The notes below the pieces were generated by a model. It was not told the origin of the DNA and ran no database searches. It saw nothing but the letters and a program-made list of their open reading frames with translations. Made by a program: the position numbers and the translations under genes. From a virus (Duplodnaviria; Caudoviricetes): a stretch of DNA of 28,916 nt. Of this stretch, positions 1 through 9,400 are shown in pieces (the stretch's first letter is position 1; each line of letters starts with the position of its first letter). The stretch spans positions 1-28,916 of the IMG/VR virus record IMGVR_UViG_3300040807_003060; one strand, given 5' to 3'.

Positions 1-271
1 GATATACTTTGCTGATACATTGTTTTTCACAGGTGGTAACTTTGTGGGTCCACAAATGAGAACTCATGCATTGACTAGAGAATCATTTTTTCAAACAGTT
101 CCAAATCAGAAAGAATCAATTCAAAGAGAGATTGATGAAAATTCAGAACATAGTGCAGAAAAAATCCAAGAACTAAATGATTATATCACATGGTTAGAGG
201 GTTTAGAAGCAAAATATGCCGATGTGGCACACTGGAAAATACCTTTCAAATCTTATCCAGATCTAACTTAA
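1..271 (+). CDS. 5'-truncated hypothetical protein, possibly tail-fibre assembly chaperone-like
   Basis: The frame is open from nt 2 (IYFADTLFFTGG...), so the TTG at 20 is probably not the start. The C-terminus LNDYITWLEGL...HWKIPFKSYP loosely resembles the Y..aLrdlP...fP.p tail of phage tail assembly chaperones. Confidence 0.5.
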   Translation, partial: IYFADTLFFTGGNFVGPQMRTHALTRESFFQTVPNQKESIQREIDENSEHSAEKIQELNDYITWLEGLEAKYADVAHWKIPFKSYPDLT

Positions 272-285
272 GATCCAAGAATCAA

Positions 286-324
286 TCATGTAACTGTGTG
301 TTATCGATACATACAGTTACATGA
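286..324 (+). promoter_or_regulatory. Inverted repeat/hairpin covering the ATG at 321, with a late-promoter-like GATACATA (306-313) inside
   Basis: TCATGTAACTGT (286-297) is the exact reverse complement of ACAGTTACATGA (313-324). The stem extends inward with G-U and Watson-Crick pairs (298-301 with 312-309). Confidence 0.65.
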
Positions 325-1280
325 ATACAAATAATCAAACTAAACGTTCCAAAGCAATATTTTTAAATGGTGGTATAGGTAGAATCCTATGTGCCATTCC
401 AGCAATCGAGAAATACCAAGAAGAATCAGGCGATGAAGATTTTATCGTTGTGATCGAAGGTAAGTGTAATATATTAGATGGTCATCCTACATTAGATGGC
501 AAAACATATGATATCATGCACAAAAATTTATTTCACACACATGTAAAAAATAGAGAAATTATTTCACCCGAACCTTACAGAGTATGGGAATATTTCAATC
601 AAAAGTGCAATCTATCGCAGGCATTTGATATTATTTTGAATGACAAAGGTGTTAGAGAATTACCTAAACCAAGAATTTTTCTTTCAAAAGAAGAAAAGAT
701 ATCTGCAGAAAAAGTTTTACAAGAATGTAAAGACAAAATTAAAGCAGACAAATATATTGTGTTTCAACCCTTTGGAAGAGCCATACAACAGATTGATCAA
801 AGTTTCGTGGACAAAAGTAACAGAAGCATAGACTTTAAAAATTTTAAAAATATCATTAGAAAATTACAAAAAGAAAATTACGGCGTGATTGTGATGAGTG
901 AGTTTGGCATCGAACTTAAAGATGAAAATTATGAAATGGAAGTTGCTCAACCAGAAAAAATAGATTTAAGAATTTGGGCATCCATAATTCAACAAGTAGA
1001 TCATTTTTTAGGTTGTGATTCAGTAGGACAACACTTTGCACACACACTTGATACACCATGCACAGTAATAACTGGAGCAACATTTCCAGAAAACACCACG
1101 TACCCAAATCAAAAAGGAGTTAGTGTTGTTGATTTAGGAATGAACGATAGACAGTACGATCCAATAAGAATAACATTTGACGAAAGAATTAGTAGAGTCA
1201 ATGAAAACGTAATGTTGATGACAGATGAAATAGAAAATTATGTTGTTGACACAATAATGGGAAGGCAAGAAGATGAATAA
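321..1280 (+). CDS. GT9-like (ADP-heptose heptosyltransferase-like) glycosyltransferase, paralog 1
   Basis: N-terminal GGIGRILCAIPAI (cf. GIGD..l..Pal), central VFQPFG, C-terminal WASIIQQVDHFLGCDSVGQHFAHTLDTPCTVITGAT (cf. GT9 aali..adl.ignDSgpmHlAaalg.p.v.lfGpT). Confidence 0.75.
   Translation: MNTNNQTKRSKAIFLNGGIGRILCAIPAIEKYQEESGDEDFIVVIEGKCNILDGHPTLDGKTYDIMHKNLFHTHVKNREIISPEPYRVWEYFNQKCNLSQAFDIILNDKGVRELPKPRIFLSKEEKISAEKVLQECKDKIKADKYIVFQPFGRAIQQIDQSFVDKSNRSIDFKNFKNIIRKLQKENYGVIVMSEFGIELKDENYEMEVAQPEKIDLRIWASIIQQVDHFLGCDSVGQHFAHTLDTPCTVITGATFPENTTYPNQKGVSVVDLGMNDRQYDPIRITFDERISRVNENVMLMTDEIENYVVDTIMGRQEDE
562..589 (+). repeat. 28-bp direct repeat, copy 1 (identical to 3303-3330)
   Basis: TTTCACCCGAACCTTACAGAGTATGGGA, encoding SPEPYRVWE in both GT9 paralogs. 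Confidence 0.9.
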
Positions 1281-3087
1281 TAAGACAGGTTATATCGCGG
1301 CTATTGCCAGAGGACACAATTCTGGCGTATGTTTGCTTAAAGATGGAAAAATAGTTTTTTCTATAGAAGAAGAAAGATTAAGTCGTGTAAAATACGATGG
1401 GGGACCATATGCATCAATGGTTAAAATTTTAGAATACACAGACAAGATTGACTATCTTGTAATTGCTCACACACAATCATTAAAAGACAGAAGTACAGGC
1501 AGAGTTGACTATAACGGCGACGATGTTTACACTGGACTTGCTAGAAAGTTAGGATTGATTGATAAACACGGAACTAAAAAAGGACCAGAACATCCACAAG
1601 TTATTGATTTATCTCATATTCATCACAAATTACACGCCGCATGTGCTTTTTACAGATCAGGCTGGGACGATGCCGCGGCATTAATTGTAGACGGTGCAGG
1701 AACTTTTATTCCAGCAACTCATAGTGCAGGTCATCAAATGACTGTGTTTGAAACAGAAACAATTTTTGATTGTTCATATCCTAATGATTTTACAACAATG
1801 TACAAACACTATGGTACAAGTGAAAACTGTCAGTGTGCATATATTCCAAATTATCCTTCAGATTCAATGGGAGAGCCAGGCAGTACACACGAAGCAGTGT
1901 TCTCGGACAGAGCAGGTATTGTTAAAGTGTATGAAGCAGTTACACAGTACTGTGGATTTTCAGCCATTGAAGCAGGAAAAACTATGGGACTGTTTCCATA
2001 TGGAAAACCAAATGATCAAATACCACCATTGTTTGTCCACAACGGAAAAGGAACATTGAGTGATAGAAATGTAATAATTCCTACATACCCAAATGCCGCT
2101 CTTGTGAACTATGACAACTATTACAGTTTAGAAGAAAAACTTGAAGTAAATCAAAACGACTTAACAGAATTACAAAGTCGCAGAGATCTTGCTTACTCTT
2201 GTCAAACATCGACCCAAGAAGAAGTTTTAAAATTAATCTATAAAGCAGTAGAAAAAACTGGCAAGAAGAAAGTTGTAATATCAGGCGGTTATGGTCTTAA
2301 TTGTGTGGCAAATTATTACTACCTTGATAGTTTACGCAAAGACGGTATAGAAATATACGTAGAACCAGTGTCTAACGATGCAGGTACAGCCATGGGCGCC
2401 GCTCTATTGTATTACTATTCATTAAAACAAACCACTGAAAAAGGAACAACAAAAAGTTTATACTTAGGACCAACATATAAACTAACCAACGAAGATATTA
2501 CAAAATACAATGACCTAGATGGTGTAGAAGTTGTTGACGCAAAAGATGAAGACATTGTTAAGTTGATGACTGAAAAAAACATTGTGGCATTGTGGCAAGG
2601 TCAATCAGAAAACGGTCCAAGAGCACTGGGAAACAGAAGTTTATTGTTTGATCCAAGGTTTAAAGATGGAAAAGACTTCGTAAATGGAGTAAAACATAGA
2701 GAATACTTTAGACCATTTGCAGGATCTATATTGCACGAATACACACATGATTGGTTTGATTTGAGAGGAATGGAAGAAACTCCTCACATGATGTATGCTG
2801 TAAATTGCAAACCTGGTGTTGAAGAAAAAATACCTAGTATTATACACGTTGATGGCACATGCAGAATACAAAGTGTTAAGCCAGAAGATAATAAACTGTA
2901 TCATAGACTAATCAGTAAATTCAATGAAATCACAAAATGTCCTATAGTGTTCAATACTTCATTTAATTTAGGAGGGGAACCATTAGTGGAAACTGTGGAT
3001 GATGCTGTAAGAACATTGCAAAATTCTGAAATAGAATATCTATATTTGATTGAATATGGAAAACTAATAAAGGTGACCAATGACTAG
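1273..3087 (+). CDS. O-carbamoyltransferase, NodU/CmcH/TobZ family
   Basis: HNSGVCLLKDG, EEERLSRVKYD, HHKLHA, IVDGAG, GKTMGL..YG, SGGYGLNCVAN, NDAGTAMGAA, ENGPRALGNRSLL, VKHREYFRPFA, HVDGTCRIQSV, NTSFNLGGEPLVET. Overlaps both neighbours by 8 nt. Confidence 0.95.
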   Translation: MNNKTGYIAAIARGHNSGVCLLKDGKIVFSIEEERLSRVKYDGGPYASMVKILEYTDKIDYLVIAHTQSLKDRSTGRVDYNGDDVYTGLARKLGLIDKHGTKKGPEHPQVIDLSHIHHKLHAACAFYRSGWDDAAALIVDGAGTFIPATHSAGHQMTVFETETIFDCSYPNDFTTMYKHYGTSENCQCAYIPNYPSDSMGEPGSTHEAVFSDRAGIVKVYEAVTQYCGFSAIEAGKTMGLFPYGKPNDQIPPLFVHNGKGTLSDRNVIIPTYPNAALVNYDNYYSLEEKLEVNQNDLTELQSRRDLAYSCQTSTQEEVLKLIYKAVEKTGKKKVVISGGYGLNCVANYYYLDSLRKDGIEIYVEPVSNDAGTAMGAALLYYYSLKQTTEKGTTKSLYLGPTYKLTNEDITKYNDLDGVEVVDAKDEDIVKLMTEKNIVALWQGQSENGPRALGNRSLLFDPRFKDGKDFVNGVKHREYFRPFAGSILHEYTHDWFDLRGMEETPHMMYAVNCKPGVEEKIPSIIHVDGTCRIQSVKPEDNKLYHRLISKFNEITKCPIVFNTSFNLGGEPLVETVDDAVRTLQNSEIEYLYLIEYGKLIKVTND

Positions 3088-4036
3088 ACATAGTGCGTTC
3101 TTTATGAACGGAGGAGCAGGAAGACATATCAGTTCTATACCTGCACTAGAATTATATGCAAAAGAAAATCCAGAAGATGATTTTATTGTAGTTTGTGAAG
3201 GTGGCACAGATGCATACAAAGGACATCCGTTATTGCATTTTAGAGCATATGATAATTGGCATAAAAATCTATTTCAAGATTTATTAAAAAATAGAAATCT
3301 TGTTTCACCCGAACCTTACAGAGTATGGGAGTACTATAATCAAAAATGTAGTCTAGCAGAAGCATATGACATCGCTATAAACAAAAAAGGTCTACGTAAA
3401 TTGCCTAAACCCAACTTATACATTTCAAAAGAAGAACTTCTAACAGCAAGGTCAATGTTGGCTGAAGTTAAAGAAAAAACAGGAAAAAATAAATTGGTTT
3501 TGATACAACCTTTTGGCAGAGGTGCTGAAAAGAAATCAGAAAGTGAAGTGGTAGATTTAACAGGAAGAAGTATAGAACTTAAAAATTTATGGTCAATTAT
3601 TAAAAAATTAAGCAAAGATTACGGTGTTATAGTGATGAGTGAATTTGGTTTAGAATTTAAAACACACGGTGGTATAAACAAACCAGTGGCACTGCCTCTT
3701 AATACACACATTAGAATATGGGCCGCTATGATTAAGCAGGTTGATCATTTTGTAGGGTGTGATTCAGTGGGTCAACACCTTGCTTATGCATTTGACAAAA
3801 CAATGACTGTGCTTATTGGAAGTACATTTCCTATTAACACGTCCTTTCCAAACGATGATAAAGTAGATATTATTGATTTAGGCGAAAAAAGCAGGATATA
3901 CAGTCCAATCAGAATTACAAGTGATGAATATTCTGATCGATTAAACGAAGGTATTATGGAAATGGACGACAATCAAGAGCAGAAAGTAGTAAATTCTATC
4001 AACTTCATGCTCAAAAACAAACATAAAAAAAAGTAG
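3080..4036 (+). CDS. GT9-like glycosyltransferase, paralog 2
   Basis: GGAGRHISSIPAL, IQPFGRG, WAAMIKQVDHFVGCDSVGQHLAYAF; colinear with 321-1280 along its full length. Confidence 0.75.
   Translation: MTRHSAFFMNGGAGRHISSIPALELYAKENPEDDFIVVCEGGTDAYKGHPLLHFRAYDNWHKNLFQDLLKNRNLVSPEPYRVWEYYNQKCSLAEAYDIAINKKGLRKLPKPNLYISKEELLTARSMLAEVKEKTGKNKLVLIQPFGRGAEKKSESEVVDLTGRSIELKNLWSIIKKLSKDYGVIVMSEFGLEFKTHGGINKPVALPLNTHIRIWAAMIKQVDHFVGCDSVGQHLAYAFDKTMTVLIGSTFPINTSFPNDDKVDIIDLGEKSRIYSPIRITSDEYSDRLNEGIMEMDDNQEQKVVNSINFMLKNKHKKK
3303..3330 (+). repeat. 28-bp direct repeat, copy 2
   Basis: Identical to 562-589. Confidence 0.9.
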
Positions 4037-4058
4037 TTTTTCAATTTCATAAAAGTTA

Positions 4059-4066
4059 GGTAAATA
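4059..4066 (+). promoter_or_regulatory. Putative T4-type late promoter (GGTAAATA)
   Basis: TAAATA core in the intergenic gap ahead of the virion-protein operon that starts at 4089. Confidence 0.55.
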
Positions 4067-4088
4067 CACTTAAAAAGTATATTACACT

Positions 4089-4586
4089 ATGTTTGACGTA
4101 TCACGACTATTTGGAAAAGGAATTAGAAATACCTTACTGCTTAAAAACGGTTTACAACTGTCCTACAATGGGCCTTATGTAGTTGTTAGACCAGACACAG
4201 TAATGGATCAATTCCACGTTAATACCTTTTGTACAGCCGAGTACACTGTGTCTGTTGATTATGACACAAACAACAAAGAACTAATAAAAATTTTAGTAAG
4301 TGCAACACCATCTAACAGTTCTGTTACAATTTATGGCAGAAGCAACATGGGCAACGAACTAGTTACAGTTTCTAGTACTGTTAATAATTCATACGTAAGA
4401 ATTGTGCTAAATCCAGCAATAAAATCACCCACAGAAACTTATGCAGGAGCAAAAGTAATTTTTAGTGCAACGTATTTTCAAACTCAAAATGCTTTACAAG
4501 GTGGAGCATCTGAACTGATAAATGCTGGAAACGACTATGATCGATCAAATGTTAACCAAGATAATAACGGAGGCAGTGGATACTAA
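4089..4586 (+). CDS. Putative virion structural protein (single beta-rich domain)
   Basis: DQF....F.TAEYTVSV....NKELIKILV......S.VTIYGRSN.G.EL.TV.......VRI.LNP resembles a beta domain repeated in large T4-like virion proteins. First gene of the operon with the two fibre-like proteins. Confidence 0.55.
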   Translation: MFDVSRLFGKGIRNTLLLKNGLQLSYNGPYVVVRPDTVMDQFHVNTFCTAEYTVSVDYDTNNKELIKILVSATPSNSSVTIYGRSNMGNELVTVSSTVNNSYVRIVLNPAIKSPTETYAGAKVIFSATYFQTQNALQGGASELINAGNDYDRSNVNQDNNGGSGY

Positions 4587-4588
4587 TA

Positions 4589-6466
4589 ATGCCAATTAAT
4601 TACAAACAATTTGAAGCACAATCAGGTTTTAAGAGTCCGGGATTCACAGTTGATGATAAAGGTAATGTTGTAGTAAGAACTATAACTGAAACTTTCATTC
4701 CAACTCCAGTTATTGCCGCTCCAGATTATAGTGTAACTGAATCAGAAGGAGCATTCAATATTACTGGACTAGTTGGCAATAATCCTACTATCACTTTGGT
4801 AAGAGGTGAAACAAAAACAATTGGATTAAATTTAGAAAATTTAGGATTTAATATATTTTCCCCTAGTGATGCAGACCCCAATTTACCTGGTACACTTTTC
4901 AATGAAGGATTAAAACATGCCAATGTTGTTACAGGCAATATTATTGCAACTGGAGAATGGACTTTCACACAAACTTGGTTACAAGAAACCGATTTTGAAA
5001 GAAAAGTAAAAATTACAGTGCCTGATTTAGAAATTGAAACTCAGTTGGTAGGAAAAAAACTGCCTGTGGTTATTGCACTACATGATGTATCAGGTTCAAT
5101 GACTGAAGTTTCTAATAACGTAAATTTTATCACAGACAAAGTTGTTATAGCACCACAAGGTTACAAAAATACTTGGAATATTGGTTACAGTATCAGTAAA
5201 TCAGATGATGTTGCTTTGATAGACAGCATATTAACGCAATTAGAATCTTATGACAATGTAGATACTAAAGAAATTACATTGATAGGTTATGGTGTGGGTG
5301 GCCAACTAGCACAACAATATGCAATTCAAACACAAAATAATAATATTAAAAATTTAGTTCTTATTTCAAGTCTATTACACTTTGATCAACATAAATTAAC
5401 CTTTACTGATCAAAATGAAAGAATAGACACTTTTTATTCAATTGGATTGAATCCACAGGTAGAGGATGATTCAACAGAAATAATATGGACACCAACAACA
5501 CCATTAGTTGGAAGAAACATTTTAATGTTCCATGGAACAAACAATTTAAATTGGCCATACGCTGGAGGAACAGCAAATGGTTTAGATTTAACAGGTGCAG
5601 AAAACACAATTTATGCCTGGGCAAGAGCAGAAAATGAAATTGCAGATCAATTGTCAGAAGGTGTAGCACTGCCAACAGGAGAATTACTTTACAATTATAA
5701 AAATGGAGCAATAAAACTTTATGCGTATGAAGGAGTAGGAAGTAATTTTGGAGATTATCAATCTAGCATTCAAACTTATATCACCGACACAATTACTCAG
5801 ACAACTTTTGAAGATGTTCCAGTACCAACAACTTTGACAGGAGCAAATGCTCAAAATCAATCATTGGGTACAATCACAATCACAACACCTGTTGATGCTC
5901 CAGACACATTGTTCTACGGAGACGGAGATTCAGACCCAGTAGGATTGATTAGTGTAGAAGATCCCACATTTACTGGAATTGGAAGTTTCAGTGCCATACT
6001 TAACACTGGCGATTTGATTAACAATGGTCAGGATGCAGAAATTTCACTTGCACCAACAGGCAGTTACAGTTCGGTAGTTATCAATCCAGCGGGTGGAGGG
6101 TTTATATCAAACCTAGATATCAATGCAAAATCTTTTAGAACACTGGGACAAACTACTTTAACTCCGGTTAATGCCGATGTAGTTGTTTCTCCTCAAGGAT
6201 CAGGTGTACTGACTGTGTCACCTACTAATTTAGGCACCGTAGACAACGTAGATATAGGACAAACCACAGCAAGAAAAGGTACCTTTTCACAATTAGAAAC
6301 CAGTCAAGGAACGTTAAATAACACTACAATAGGAGCAACTGTTCCGGCATCTGGAGCATTTTCTAGTGCCACAGTGACCAGTGCGCCTACGGAAGCAAAC
6401 GATGTTACAACAAAAACTTATGTGGACAACACGTCAACAGTGTTGGCAATTGCATTAGGAGTATAA
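4589..6466 (+). CDS. Fibre-like virion protein with an inserted degenerate alpha/beta-hydrolase (PHB-depolymerase/LpqC-like) domain
   Basis: aa ~120-403 carry LPVVIALH, APQG...WN, DDVALI, GYGVGG, HGTN..WPYAGG. The C-terminus has two G...N..IG.T....G.FS repeats, a DVTTKTYVD neck-type motif and a terminal AIALGV, all typical of phage fibre proteins. Confidence 0.75.
   Translation: MPINYKQFEAQSGFKSPGFTVDDKGNVVVRTITETFIPTPVIAAPDYSVTESEGAFNITGLVGNNPTITLVRGETKTIGLNLENLGFNIFSPSDADPNLPGTLFNEGLKHANVVTGNIIATGEWTFTQTWLQETDFERKVKITVPDLEIETQLVGKKLPVVIALHDVSGSMTEVSNNVNFITDKVVIAPQGYKNTWNIGYSISKSDDVALIDSILTQLESYDNVDTKEITLIGYGVGGQLAQQYAIQTQNNNIKNLVLISSLLHFDQHKLTFTDQNERIDTFYSIGLNPQVEDDSTEIIWTPTTPLVGRNILMFHGTNNLNWPYAGGTANGLDLTGAENTIYAWARAENEIADQLSEGVALPTGELLYNYKNGAIKLYAYEGVGSNFGDYQSSIQTYITDTITQTTFEDVPVPTTLTGANAQNQSLGTITITTPVDAPDTLFYGDGDSDPVGLISVEDPTFTGIGSFSAILNTGDLINNGQDAEISLAPTGSYSSVVINPAGGGFISNLDINAKSFRTLGQTTLTPVNADVVVSPQGSGVLTVSPTNLGTVDNVDIGQTTARKGTFSQLETSQGTLNNTTIGATVPASGAFSSATVTSAPTEANDVTTKTYVDNTSTVLAIALGV
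6457..6461 (+). promoter_or_regulatory. Shine-Dalgarno (AGGAG) for the 2327-aa gene
   Basis: 9 nt upstream of ATG 6471, supplied by the LGV codons of the upstream gene. Confidence 0.6.
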
Positions 6467-6470
6467 AAGA

Positions 6471-9400
6471 ATGGCTAAACGTAAAGTAACAAATTATATA
6501 TTTCAACCAGGGATACCTAAATCAGGAAATCTATATCCTAATGCTTATGATTTAATTCAAAACAATTTAGAATTTTTAAAAGATGAGTCAGTAGGATATG
6601 TTGCTGAAAGAGTAGCAACTGATTCAGCGGCAAATGAATTTCCAAACGCAGTAAACAAACTTACAAACAATATAGAATACATCAAAGATGAAATAGCGGC
6701 ATACGTTGCACAACAAAAAGCATCCAGTGTTCCACCTTTTGCAGGTTATACATATGACGCTTTACAATTAGAGACAACTATTGATACTTGGTTAACTGGA
6801 CTTAATAAAGATTTAAGATATGGTGGAAATGAAAACACAAATTTATTTGTACAAACTTACTTCCAAGATGGATCATTATTAATTAATGGAGATGGTGAAC
6901 CAGAAGTTGCTTATTTTGAATATGCTAGAAATTTAATTATAAACTACATTTTACCTGGCTCAGCATTCAGTAGTCTTCAAGGAATTACATCACAAGACAC
7001 TTCAGGAGCATCAGCAGAAGCAAACGGAGTAACAACATTTACTACACTAGCAAATGGTTTTATCAATACACTAGATAATGGAATTATAAATTTACCAACC
7101 TTGGTCAGCAGTTCTTATATATTTGCAGGTTACACATATGATTCAGCAAAATGTGAAAGAGACATGGCTTATAATATTAATGGATTTTTAAATGATTTAA
7201 GATATGGTGGTAATCAAGAATCGAGATTCAATGCATCAAAGTATTGGATTGGATCTACTCCACAAATTGACGGCGACAGACAACCAGAAGTATTAGTAAA
7301 AAATTATATTAGAGATGTAATCAATAATTACATTTTAACAAGAACGCAAGTTGTATCCAAACAATCACCAATTGTTACCACACAATACTTGGGAACAACA
7401 CCAGGTGAAGCAGGAACATCTGCACGTATCACTGCATTGACTTTTATTATCACAGATGTAATCGCAAATGGATTAGACAATCTTCCAGATTTAGAAAGAA
7501 ATCAGATCAGTTCAATCAAAGCACCAGGAAAAATAAGTTTAGATGATGTGTTGTTGATCACAAACACAACAAGAAACAAAGTGTTGTACAACTTTGCAGA
7601 TGCAACTCTTGGAGCAGAGATCTCATACGAAACAGAACAAGATCCAGATTATCCAACTTTTTTACAAAACACCGACACAGTTAGCACTGTGTTCTTAAAC
7701 TTTGATACCAGTACGTTTCTTGAATCAGATTCTATTCAAATGTTCGTGGAAGACGGAGTGATTAGAACCAGACCTTACGACTTTGGAACAGATGCAATTG
7801 AAAGAATGAGAGTTGCACCTGCTCAATCAATGCTTGACGCTGACTTTGAATATGGACTTCAGCCAACCAAGTGGCAAGCAATTGGAACTCAAAGAGGTTA
7901 TCCATCAATTTATGAAATACCAGGCACGGATATAGATGTAGACACAGTTTTAACTGATGCTTCTGCAGGAACAGAAGGAATTGGTTCGTCACTTATCACC
8001 GTGAATACAGTTGGACCGCATGCTTTCGAACCTGGTGATGCATTTACAATTATCGGGTTTACTAATGGAATACCAGGCACAGGTAGAGCACAAGGTTCAT
8101 TTGTTGTGAACACAATTCCTACAACAAGACAGTTTACATATTACGCAAAAGCAAAAGTAGGATCAGTTAATGGATCAGAAATACACACAACCTTTACACA
8201 ATTGCGTAAAGCAGGATTTTATTCTGGAGCAACAATTGGAAGACCATCATTTAGTGTTGCATCTAATGGTGCAAATGGAGATTTTATAACTCCAATTGGA
8301 GCACAATCAGGAACAACAATTATTCCATTCCAAGATGCAGATTTACCAGAGATTGGATCACCTTTAACAGGAACAGGTGTAGCAACTGGTACACAGATCA
8401 CAGCAGTCACAGGAACAGGAAGCACATTGGCAACTCCTGAAGTTGAAGGCGATTACACTGCGGGTACAACTGAAATCAACGTGGTTGATTCTGCAGGCAT
8501 TTTACAGAACAGTGTGATAGACAGAGGTGATGGATTTGGAATTGCAATCACAAATGTTTCAGGAAACACTTTAACACTGAGCTCAGGATTATCACAAACC
8601 TTGATAGGAGATAGAACAATCTATTCAAATGTAGGAGGATTCAATGTCAATCCTGCTGGTCAGAATTTTGTGTGTGATGTTTTTAACAACGGGGGAATAT
8701 ACAGTATTACAATTACCAACTCTGGTGAAAACTATGAAGTTGGTGATGCTATTTTGATCACGGGAGATTTAATAGGCGGAGCAACACCTGCCAATGATTT
8801 AACAATATCGGTTGAATCTGTAGATACAGGTGGAGAAGTTTTGACAACATCATTAGATGGTGAAGCATTTACAGGTTCAGGAACACAAACAAACCTTTCT
8901 GGAACATACAACAACGGAGCAGGAGTAGGTGGAACTTTTGATGTGACAAAAACAAACAATGCCTACAGTGCTACTCTGCTTGATCCAAGTTTTACAGCAG
9001 TAGAAGGCACAGTGACTGGTGGATCAGGAGCAGGTTTAGTAATTGATGTGACTTTAACAAATAATGTTTATTCAGTGACACTTTCGGGTGACGATGCAAG
9101 TACAGGATATCTAGCAAACGATGTTGTTGAATTTACAGGTGGTAACTTTGCTGGTAACACAGATAATAATCTTTATTTGAGAGTAACAGGTGTAGACGGG
9201 AGTGGTGCAATTACAACCTTTACAACTTCTGGAACAGGTCCAGATGCACTAGAAAGTTATGTTGTAGGAATAAACGACTACACAACAAATTCGGTTGCAG
9301 GATCAGGTGCTACATTCTCAGTAACCAGACAAGGCACAACATACACAGCAACAGTTACCGGATTGGGTTCAGATTTTGCACAGAATGAAACAATTACTGT

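Noticed and set aside
20-271. TTG start at 20 for an 83-aa protein
   Set aside because: The frame is open to the window edge, so the gene most likely starts upstream.
640-3972. Short alternative-frame and antisense ORFs inside the GT9 and carbamoyltransferase genes
   Set aside because: They are fully nested in well-supported genes and show no motifs or initiation signals.
4946-5797. Active PHB depolymerase, or an intein-like insertion
   Set aside because: The triad residues are substituted, and there are no intein C/S start, HN-C/S/T end or LAGLIDADG motifs.
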